Shown: one piece after another, positions 47,201 to 64,000 of the stretch
Layout: the number at the start of each line of letters is the position of its first letter
Numbering within the stretch: the stretch's first letter is position 1
Assembly (NCBI GenBank): GCA_002269645.1
Contig: NIVC01002222.1
Location: 104,539-168,538, forward strand
From: Macrostomum lignano
Lineage: Eukaryota
Reading direction: 5' to 3'
DNA: 64,000 nt
Translations under genes and position numbers: made by a program
The notes under the pieces: generated by a model
The model's database searches: none
Seen by the model: the letters and a program-made list of their open reading frames with translations, nothing else
What the model was told of the DNA's origin: nothing

Positions 47201-48755
47201 AATGATACCCTCGGATTCCATTCTTTGCAGCTCGCGCACCACCAAGTCTCTGAGGTGTAGCGGCACGGACCGGGCAGCACAATAGAACGCTTTGGCTCCT
47301 TCCACCAGTCTAATCTTAGCTTTGAACCCTTTGAGGCATCCGAGCTGTTGGACCGCGTTGATGGTGACCGCGTCTTCTTGGAGCTTTATGTTGTGCATGC
47401 CAAGCAGACCGTGCTTCTTCTCCGCGGCGGTGACAACCAGGTCAATCGTGACGAATTTCGAGTTGGTCTCGAGTGACGCAGTGAATTCCCCGAGGCAGGC
47501 AATGCTGGAACCGTCGAACTGCCGGAGAATTCTCCTGCACTTGCGCAGGGTGGGCCGGCCCAGCTGGCGCCAGAGGTTCTGCGGAATCAGACTGATCTCA
47601 GCTCCGGTGTCGACTTGCATTGAGATACCCTGGCCGTTGATTTTGATGGTCTTGAAGAGGCCCGCTTTAGCTCTGTTGGGGCTAAGAGTATACACGTCTG
47701 CTTCTTCTGCATCGACTGCGATTTCCTGATGGACAGCTCGTGATCTGCAGACAGCCGCAAAGTGATTTCTTTTTTGGCACTTGGAGCATTTTTTGCCGTA
47801 GGCTGGGCAGTTGCCCCTCAGGTGATTGGCGCCGCAGAACCCGCATTTGATTGACGGCTGCGGCTTGGCAGGTGAGGAGACTCCCCTTTGTTGACCGGCG
47901 AAGGCGATGTCAGCAGGAGCCGGCGTGTTGTAGTCACGGATCTGCTCAAGCTGCTGCAAATTCTGCAAGATCCTGTCGAGTGGCGTTTCTCCATCTTCGT
48001 TTTGTAGGCGCTCCAAGATTCTTTTTTTGTGCTCTGAGGAGTTTAGGCCGTCAATTAGTTGCATGGTAATCATGTCGTCCTCCTTTGTCTGCTTGCTGCC
48101 CAGCTTTTCAAACTCGCAGTGTGACGTAGCAGCCCTCAGCCTCCGGTAGTAGGCTATGACGGTCTCACCCGATTCCTGCTTCAAGCTGAGGAACCTGGTG
48201 CGTTCGGCAATTACAAGTGACTTTTTCGGCCGGATCGTCTCGTCAACTAGCTTTTTGATGTCATCGAATTTCATCTCATCAAGTTTTTTTGGTGCTGCCA
48301 TTAGGGATAGCGTGCGAATTGCCTGAAGGCCGGCCTTAGATAAGAATAGGTCAGTTTTGTCCCGAGCCTCATCCGAGTCTGTTAGCTTTTTGATGCGCGC
48401 TGTGGCTGAGAGTCGCTGCATCCATGCTTCGGCCATGTCGGCGTCGTCCAAATTGAGTTCATGACTCTGCCTTTCTGCTTGCGACGCCATTGTCGCGTCG
48501 TTTAATTAAGAGTTCAACTGAGCAACACGATGATTTGGTATTGTGAATAAACGATGTCTCAGTCTCGATATATTAATCATAAACGATGCTAACACAAACG
48601 AAGCTCAATATATAATTATTAACGCATTGGGGTGGCGGGGCGCACGGGGTACGAAATCGGGGTGGTGGGTACACTGGATGTACAGTCAATATTTCAATAG
48701 TCAATCAGCTAGTCACTTAGTCATAAGTACAGCGGTAGAATCCAGCGCTGCCTCA
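44229..48755 (-). mobile_element. Ty3/Gypsy LTR retrotransposon, near full length, defective
   Basis: LTR copies share 250 bp (44229-44478 and 48506-48755); the 5' LTR probably extends to 48491. PBS TGGCGTCGCA overlaps the gag ATG; PPT GAAGGGGGGAGA. Single gag-pol frame with CCHC knuckle, DTGA protease, YQDD, TDAS and integrase. Lesions: TAG at 46256-46258 and a frameshifting deletion at about 46170. No TSD found. Confidence 0.96.
44575..44955. repeat. 24-bp in-frame tandem repeat inside Gypsy pol tail
   Basis: Unit CCTGACCGAGTTCGCCAGGCGGGT, 16 copies, encoding ELGQDPPG on the minus strand. Confidence 0.96.
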
Positions 48756-50046
48756 AATTGTACTTAACTTAGCCTATTGCAAAAGCCAAAAGTATTACTT
48801 AAATATGTACATGACAAATGACAATAAATGTCTTTAAACTTTATTTAAAGTAAGTATTAGACTTATTTCAATTTAGATCTCAACCTAAATGATCGTTTAT
48901 TAGTCCAACTCCTTAGCACTAGCCATGGGGAACTTTCATACTGATGCTTCATACATTGCATACTACTCTCAGTAGGCATTTGACAAGGCATGTAATTAAG
49001 TATATTGAAGTATAATATGAGCTTCAAAGTATGAACATAATGTAGAAATGGAGTTTATTAAGTAGTTTGATTATGTTTCAATATTTTTGTCTTAATTTGC
49101 CTTGTCCTATGGTTGTAAATTAAGATTTTGTTGTTAGGCTGTATGATTTCATGTCAAACTATTCTGATTCAATAATGTACAGTGAATTTGGATGCCCCCT
49201 TTACTCCTATCTTGACAGTGTTTCATAATTTCATAGCTAAAATCAATCGATAAAATAAAAAGGCTGCGGTAAAATGGCAAAATGGCACAACTCCAAGAGA
49301 TTGTAGTTAAAGTGCGCTTTGACTATTATCAATAACCATAATTAGTTTTGCACCTGTTTGCACTTTCAACGGACACTCGCTAGACGGTTGATTCAGCGCC
49401 AGTCTTTACCCTCTCCTCTCATTTAGTGCCCTTCCTTACCCCCCCCTTGTCTTCTGCTGTCCGCCATGCGCCCCACCCGCCTCAGCCTGGCAGCCGCCCA
49501 CGTTTTAGTCGGGTAACTAAAGTGCAGCCTGCACTCCCTCGTGTTGCGCACTGCCCCAGCAGTAATGCGTAATTTGTCGGATTAGGCCAGGTTCGTTTCC
49601 AAGTATAAGCGTACAAGCCGCCCCTTCGGCCTTGACCAAACGCGTCAACGATTGGCTCGCAACTGCTATTGGCCCGGTCATTGCCTTTTTTGCCTGGCCT
49701 TTCTTTTAGTAGAAAATAGTTTAAGTTAGAAATTTTCTGTACTTACACCCGAACCTAAAGAGGCAATCTCGAGTTGAATTGTTTCATTCAATAGACTGCC
49801 ACCATTCAGCCGCTGTGCCAGCAGCAGCTTCGGCTGCAACAACAACAGCAACCTCAGAGCCATGACTTTTATCCCGCAGCCGCTGCTTTAGAAGCAGCAA
49901 GACTCGAAGCATCTCCAGCCGCCGCAGCCATTCCTCATCACCAGCCCAGGCTGCACAGTCCGGGCGTGGGCCAGCCGCCTCACCTGGGACTTGAGCTGCC
50001 GCCTCTGCGCCCTGTCATCCAGCAGCGCCCGCCGCCGGACCCCATC

Positions 50047-56699
<6,653 letters not shown>

Positions 56700-57539
56700 A
56701 ATTTATTTTATTTATTGCGCTTTTTTCTACCATTGTTTCAATTCAATAGTGCATAGTTTAAAGAGCCTGGCTGTAGTCAACTAAAAGCCTTTATTACCAA
56801 GATTTATTAATCTAAATAAAAATAAACTAAATCTCAAAAAATGCTCAGGCTCTAGGCCCAAATATCATTAAGAATTTTTTAAATTGAAATGTCACGAAAT
56901 CCATTGAAGTAGTCAGAAGTACATTTTGTAACTTTTTACTTTTCAAGCGAGGAGTGCTAGTGGATTAATACTAATAACACCTGCTATCTTTAATGTGTCA
57001 ATCTATATTCTAGTCTATTGTTCAACTATATTCATTAGTCTTGCAAATCAGCACTAGAAAGCTAACGCATCTATAACTTATTGCGTCTTAAAGCCAATCG
57101 AAAAACTGGGTTTTTTCTAACTGGTTCCCATGGTTACTATTACTATTTATACACTGCTTTTTGTAAATAAGTTTAAATGCTATGAAAGATAAATTTTGTA
57201 GCATCAATCTGTGCGAACAACTGCCACTCTGTCTGTGTGCTAATCCTCACTTTTCATTGCCTGCTTATCTGTTTATTGTCAGTTCAGCTTGTTTTATACG
57301 GAATAGTAATGTTAAGTATATAGTTAACTGTAATAACTAGCATTGCACTATCTATATTTATGTAGCAGCATAACTTCAGTCCAGCCTCCTTAATCTGTTG
57401 CTCTATTTGTTTTGGAGCCGAGCTGATTTCCGTACTTTCTCCCAAGCTTTATCGATGAATTAACAAAGACTTTTCAGATTCGGACTAGGGCTATAGGTAT
57501 TGGCTTTCGCATGAAGTAAACTTTTAGTATAAATATTTT

Positions 57540-58480
57540 TGAGCAACAAAGACCCCAGTATCCAACTGAATAATCAGCAATGCAACAAAGACCCCAGCAT
57601 CCAAAAGAATTAATCAGCAATGCAACAATGACCCCAGCATCCAAATGAATTAATCAGCAATGCAACAAAGACCCAGTATCCAACTGAATAATCAGCAATG
57701 CAACAAAGACCCCAGTATCCAAATGAATAAATCAGCAATGCAACAAAGACCCCAGTATCCAAATGAATTAATCAGCAATGCAACAAAGACCCCAGTATCC
57801 AACTGAATAATCAGCAATGCAACAAAGACCCCAGTATCCAACTGAATAATCAGCAATGCAACAAAGACCCCAGCATCCAAATGAATTAATCAGCAATGCA
57901 ACAGAGACCCCAGTATCCAACTGAATAATCAGCAATGCAACAAAGACCCCAGTATCCAACTGAATAATCAGCAATGCAACAAAGACCCCAGTATCCAAAT
58001 GAATTAATCAGCAATGCAACAAAGACCCCAGTATCCAACTGAATAATCAGCAATGCAACAAAGACCCCAGTATTCAAATGAATAATCAGCAATGCAACAG
58101 AGACCCCAGTATCCAACTGAATAATCAGCAATGCAACAAAGACCCCAGCATCCAACTGAATAATCAGCAATGCAACAGAGACCCCAGTATCCAACTGAAT
58201 AATCAGCAATGCAACAAAGACCCCAGTATCCAACTGAATAATCAGCAATGCAACAAAGACCCCAGCATCCAAAAAATTAATCAGCAATGCAACAAAGACC
58301 CCAGCATCCAAATGAATTAATCAGCAATGCAACAAAGACCCCAGTATCCAAATGAATAATCAGCAATGCAACAAAGACCCCAGCATCCAAATGAATTAAT
58401 CAGCAATGCAACAAAGACCCAGTATCCAAATGAATAATCAGCAATGCAACAAAGACCCCAGCATCAAATGAATAATCAGA
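57540..58480. repeat. 39-bp minisatellite
   Basis: Unit TGCAACAAAGACCCCAGTATCCAACTGAATAATCAGCAA. Confidence 0.96.
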
Positions 58481-59034
58481 ACTGCTAAGATCTCAATACA
58501 CCTGATATGTCAAGTAAGTCTCGAAAACAATTATTAATAGCCTTTTGCACTTTAAAGTGAGACATTGCACCACACTTGGAACCTATTGAGCATATATTTA
58601 TGTAACACATTGAACTTATTGTTTTGCACACAAGAGGGTAAACAGTTTATCATTAAATGTTTCAACTGTTATTTATCTTTGCGCTGCAGTTTTATAAATA
58701 GTTAAACAAATAAATATTGGACTACAAATGCGTCCTATTCAAAAATAAATAATTTGGCGCGTTGTTTGCCTTATTGTTTGTCCGAGAATTTTGTTTTAAT
58801 TTTACTTAATACCATTTTTTATTTAGTGTAGGCAAACTAGTTTGTTTTCAGCGTTTTCATTTTCATTTTATAGGGAAACAAACGTTTGATTCTTAATTAC
58901 TCTTAGTGCCTGTTTTTAGTAGTGTAGATAGGGCATCAAATTCAATGTAAAATATTTCCATTTATTGATTACTTTCGGTCAGTTGCCAGGCCAGTTTTAT
59001 TTTCTTTTAACTTGCCTGTCAATATTGCTCTGTA

Positions 59035-60045
59035 TGATCTCATACTCATGATCTCATTCTCATAATCTCAATGAATGATCTCATTCTCATAATCTCAATG
59101 TATGACTTCATTCTCATAATCTCAATGTATTCTCCCAAGAATTGTCTCAATGAATGATCTCATTCTCATAATCTCAATGTCTGATCTCATTCTCATAATC
59201 CCAATGTATGACTTCATTCTCATAATCTCAATGTCTGATCTCATTCTCATAATCTCAATGTATGACTTCATTCTCATAATCTCAATGTATGATCTCATTC
59301 TCATAATCTCAATGTTTGATCTCATTCTCATAATCTCAATGTATGATCTCATTCTCATAATCTCAATGTCTGATCTCATTCTCATAATCTCAATGTATGA
59401 TCTCATTCTCATAATCTCAATGTCTGATCTCATTCTCATAATCTCAATGTATGATCTCATTCTCATAATCTCAATGTATGATCTCATTCTCATAATGTCA
59501 ATGTATAATCTCATTCTCATAATCTCAATGTATGATCTCATACTCATAATCTCAATGTATGATCTCATACTCATAATCTCAATGTATAATCTCATTCTCA
59601 TAATCTCAATGTATAATCTCATACTCATAATCTCAATGTATGATCTCATTCTCATAATATCAATGTATGATCTCATACTCATAATCCCAATGTATGATCT
59701 CATTCTCAAAATCCCAATGTATAATCTCATACTCATAATCTCAATGTATAATCTCATTCTCATAATCTCAATGTATAATCTCATTCTCATAATCTCAATG
59801 TCTGATCTCATTCTCATAATCTCAATGTATGATCTCATTCTCATAATCTCAATGTATGATCTCATTCTCATAATCTCAATGTATGATCTCATTCTCATAA
59901 TCTCAATGTATGATCTCATACTCATAATATCAATGTATGATCTCATACTCATAATCTCAATGTATGATCTCATACTCATAATCTCAATGTATGATCTCAT
60001 ACTCATAATCTCAATGTTTGATCTCATGCTTATACTATCAATGCC
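59035..60045. repeat. 27-bp minisatellite
   Basis: Unit TATGATCTCATTCTCATAATCTCAATG. It explains the MYDLILIIS and MRSYIEIMR ORFs. Confidence 0.96.
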
Positions 60046-60380
60046 AAAAAAGAACCAAAAATAGCAAGATCAATTTGTTTTGCAAGTTGAAATCGAACAT
60101 GGCTGCTATGGATGCGGCATTTAAGTAATTTATTTTCATTATTTATGTTAAATTGCACAAGTTAACTGGGCCTTCTTCAGTCGACGGGGGAATTTTCATT
60201 CGAATGACTCCTCTCGTACTGCTTGCTGTACAGGCTGGGTTTAAACAGGAGATTCCATCGAGCTGTCATTTGCATATTGAGGTAATTCAGATTCAATTAA
60301 AAAAAGTTCCAAGGGGAAATTTTTGTTGCATGCCCGCTGTTGGTTGTTGGCAGCCTCGCATCGCGCGCTCATCAGTGCTT

Positions 60381-61035
60381 TTAGCCCCACGCCATGTCCG
60401 CCACGTCCAGCTCGATCTCTTTTTTGGACTTGTAGTAGCACGGCCTGGTGGCGTAGCTGGGCAGGGCTCGGCAGTACCAGTTCTCGCGCTCGACGGGGTC
60501 CAGAATGTCGGTGGGGTTGGTCATGTCCCAGTTGACGCCGCCCACCATGTCGCACAGGGCGAAGCAGATCTCAGCCGTTCTGATTTTGCAATCGAATACT
60601 CCCGTTCCTAAAAAATAACAAAACATTAATAATAGTAATGATATCTGCCGCATCGGTTATGCTGAATTCTGGCAAGGAAAATCCCAACTACAAGCTTGAC
60701 TTACGGGTGTTGTACTTGTTGTACGCTATGTACCCGTTTGGACAATAGTCGTCGTAACTTGTGTACGACACGTTCACATCTTTTGGCGGATACTGTGTGG
60801 TGCCTTCGGTGCTGCGAATCTGGCGAGCTAGCTTAGTGGTCTTGCCGTTGCCGCCGACAGCTGCGGGTTCGTGCGTTATAGACTTGCTTTATTAGTTAAG
60901 AAGTCTACATGATTCCTTCATTACTATCACGGTTGCTATGCTGTTGCTGGATAACTTACCAATTGAGTCTCCGCTTTTGATGGCCCAGAGCAGGCCGAGG
61001 GCCAACAAAGTGCCGATCAGCTTTATTGAAGACAT
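60381..61035 (-). CDS. Small secreted cysteine-containing protein of unknown family (152 aa, 3 exons)
   Basis: Exons 61035-60960, 60860-60705 and 60607-60381 have strong GTAAGT donors and both introns are phase 1, giving an open 459-nt frame. N-terminal hydrophobic signal MSSIKLIGTLLALGLLWAIKSGDS, six Cys, and GC3-rich codons in exon 3. Confidence 0.78.
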
Positions 61036-62599
61036 GCTCTCTCTTGGCTTGGTGTTCAGTAGCTGCGTAGATCCTCAGAATGGAATCTTAGACGAGGCTA
61101 GTCGTAACAGTCGTTCGTTTGCGTCTGTCGAGTCTGCTGCTGGTCCCGCGATGACACTGGGGCCAGCGCTGCCGTCTGGCCGCTACTAATATAGGCGTGG
61201 GCGGCTGAGGGGCGCGGGTGAGGGGGGCAGAGAGTGAGGGGCGGTTGCTAAGCATGTGACCCAAGGCCGCCCCGCCCCAGCCAGAGCTGAATGAATGGCT
61301 GAGTGGAAGCGGAATGAGCCCTCAGCTCGAATGGGGTTTCGTCAGTTTCGTCTGAAACCAAGTGCGTCTGTCGCTTGCGTCTGTGGACCTAAATTCCGCT
61401 ATACTTGGCCTCCGCAACAAACTTGTCGCCAAGTCTGCAATGCCAGACTCTGCCAGGCTTCCCCCAGCCTTTGTCTACCGCGATTCATCCCGTCTCCGCT
61501 ATTCATCCAGTTGAGAACTGAGCTGCAGCCTGTAGGCCAACCGCTCTGTTGTCGGCCTGAACTTGCGTGGGCGGCGGGCTCCAGGGACAGACGGCTATTT
61601 AATTAACTCCTGGATAGACCAAGGGCCCTGCGTTCATCCCTTCCCATTTTCCAGCTCCATTGCAAGTCCCCCGACCTCTTCGTTCAAGCTGTATGAGTCA
61701 TCGGCCGTCTGTCTTTGCACCCTAGTTTAGTTTTTACACAGCTTGGAAGCAATATGGCAATCCCAGATGCAAAATCCCAACGGAATATCGGGTCTCTGGT
61801 CTGCTTTTTTGGTTGATTTCCGTTTTGACAAAAAAAAAAAAATTGAAAAGTTTTTCCGAAGTTTCCTGCTAGAAAGACAATTTTGTTTTTGTTTTCTACT
61901 ATTGAGCTGCTTCATTGTGTCATTTGACTGTAACAAAAAACTTTCGGGACAGATATGCTTTCTTTGCCCTGTCTAATTTTAGCATCACAATCACTTTTTC
62001 TGCCGCACTGGTTCAGTTCGAACGCCCGCGTGTGTTATTATCTATCGGTTTTTGTCATGCTGAAAAATTCCAGTTAAGTTGGAATTCCTTGCTTATCTAC
62101 TGAGTTGGACTCAGCTTGTACCGAGTTTTTTGCCGATTCAGCAAAGTTTCACTTCGTTAGCTATAAGCTCGGCCGGGCTTTTCTCGGACAAAAAAAGATA
62201 GACAAGCAAGAAAAAGGTGAAAGAGTGACAAACTAAGAGTGCTTGCCAGTTCTTGCCAGCAGCTGGCGGCGGCGTGCTCTCGGGTCACGGCTCACGGGCG
62301 CGCCTCGTGATTTGGCCAATTCTCTGTGCCCAGGGGCATCGGTTATGCCTTCTCTCTTAGCCTTAGCTGCTTTCCTCGGGTCTGCTGCAACCTCCCACAC
62401 GCTGTCATTGTCATCTGCCTGCCGCTTGCTGTCTGGGGCATGGACACCTCAAGCTACACATCTGGACTGGCAAGAAACGTCTGGCTATGCAGGTAGCCTT
62501 TCTCTGCAATTGTAGTCTACTTCTTACGAGTGTGTGATGATAAATTTCCAGGCTGTAGATCAGGGTTAGGCAAACTCCGGCCCCGGGCCACGTGTCTCT

Positions 62600-63012
62600 G
62601 TTCTCTCCCCCCCCCCTCTTCTCCACTTATCTCCCTCTTCTCTCCTCTTTCTCTCCCTCTTCCTCTCCTCTTCTCTCTTCTCTCCCTCTTCCTCCTCTCC
62701 TCTTCTCTCCTCTCCCCTCTTTCTTCTCTTCCTCTTTCTCCTCCTCTCTTCTCTCTTCTCTCCCACCCCTCCCTCCTCTCTCTCATCTCTTCTCTCTCTC
62801 TCCTCTCCTCTCCTCTCTCCCTCTCTCCTCTGCTCTTTCCTCTCCTCTCCTCTCCTCTCCTCTCTCTCCTCTCCTCTCTCTCCCTCCTCTCTCCTCTCGT
62901 CTTCTTCCCTCTCTCTCCTATCCTCTCTTCTCCTTCTCTCCTCTCCTCTCATCTCCTCTCTCTTCTCTTCTCCTCTCTCCTCTCCTCTCCTCTCCTCTCC
63001 TCTCTCTCCCTT
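62600..63012. repeat. CT-rich simple repeat
   Basis: Nearly pure C/T low-complexity tract. Confidence 0.95.
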
Positions 63013-63403
63013 TTGTTCTGTCGCCCGTGATTCATTCATTGTGTATAAATTCAAATGAGATTTGCTTATTTTAGAAGCTAAAAAATGCAGACAAAATAAA
63101 AAAAATTATGGGATTTTCACACTGCATAATCTATATAAGCTGGAAATTTCTCAACAACATCTGAAATAACATTCAATTTTACAAAGACACAACACAACAT
63201 TCAGAGGGTACAGTGCTGCAGATCTTTGATTCCTTACAAAATTGCGGTCTGGGGCGGCGGTTTTCAATGTTTCTGAGTACACTCATTCGTACAATTAGAT
63301 GCTGCAAAGTCCTGAATCTTTTGAAAATTCGCGTCCTAAAGTGCACTGGCTAATCCGATGAAGGACAGTAGGGGGTCTGGCGGGTGTTGCCTCGGTGCTT
63401 AGA

Positions 63404-63650
63404 GTCATGTGACTGCAGCTGTGAATGATCGAGCGACGGCTTCTCCCCCCTCCCCCTCGCGCTGTTTAAACCTCCGAGTGCGACTCAATTTAACGTAGAA
63501 ACGAAGGTTAGGCGAGAAAAGCACACAATTAATCAGCTTGTCAGTCTGTGGGCGCGGCCCGATCTTTCCGAGTCATGTGACCACTCACTCAAGATAAAGA
63601 GAGACAGTCAGTGAGCTATAGAGATACTGACAGCCCAGTAAGTCACGTGA
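63404..63650. promoter_or_regulatory. Cluster of three extended E-box (GTCAYGTGA) motifs
   Basis: GTCATGTGAC at 63404 and 63572 and GTCACGTGA at 63642, in CpG-containing non-repeat DNA. The target gene was not identified. Confidence 0.35.
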
Positions 63651-64000
63651 AGCGGTCTCGGCGGCTTACCTGCAGCCTCCTCCCGCGTCTGCCTGCCCCG
63701 GCCGGGTGTTGTGCCCCTAGCTACAGTGCTGACGCACTCTCTGGCTTGCATTGTTTGGTCTCTGCATAGCTGGCAGAAGTGCCGCGAAGGGAGATGGGAG
63801 TGAGATAGAGAATTCTGACGAAACACCACGCCTTACCGTGACCCAATCTAATTCTGGATTCTGAACTGCGTATAGCAAACCAAAAAAGCGTAGTACTTGC
63901 GCCAAGTGCAATTTCTCGGCTAAAAAACCCATTGCCTTTTCAATTTGGACTTTTTATTCAGTGCACTTGCACCACTGGAGCTTGTTTCTTTCTGGACCAA

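Noticed and set aside
48491-48510. Non-canonical TG..AA LTR with a non-TGG primer site, suggesting Tf1-like self-priming (9 of 10 bases complementary to an LTR-internal GCATCGTTTA)
   Set aside because: Extending the 5' LTR to ..CGCGACA gives a normal CA end followed by a TGG-type PBS like the other two elements. A clipped 3' LTR explains the data more simply.
62240-63830. Possible minus-strand gene using a donor at about 63669 and an acceptor at about 62505
   Set aside because: No joined frame stays open or resembles a known protein. At most it is a non-coding or UTR structure.

Overview
Eukaryotic (animal) genomic DNA. GC-rich spliced exons, introns packed with minisatellites and Ty3/Gypsy elements suggest a Macrostomum-type flatworm; this is inference only. 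Five spliced host genes are supported: an ADCK5-like ABC1 kinase (+, 5'-incomplete, 10-4252), a three-Ig lachesin/DIP/IgLON-like adhesion protein with signal peptide and probable GPI tail (-, 9305-29395), NAD-dependent glycerol-3-phosphate dehydrogenase (-, 36342-39792), SPOP (+, 50047-56699) and an unrecognised small secreted 6-Cys protein (-, 60381-61035). Mobile DNA comprises three recognisable Gypsy elements (one with identical LTRs, one internally inverted, one with CpG-biased LTR divergence), a heavily decayed Gypsy-like remnant, five tRNA-derived SINE copies from two families and three hAT-type MITEs with 8-bp TSDs. About 25 tandem arrays account for most of the long ORFs in the track, which are artefacts. 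The most interesting signals are: (1) an AT-rich, CpG-free, TpA-rich block around 38.4-44.2 kb that includes the 5' exons of GPDH and coincides with CpG-focused LTR decay, pointing to a local cytosine-deamination domain; (2) a different private minisatellite filling almost every intron; (3) the orphan secreted cysteine protein; (4) the microhomology-flanked inversion inside a Gypsy element. I could not establish a clearly new multi-gene system.
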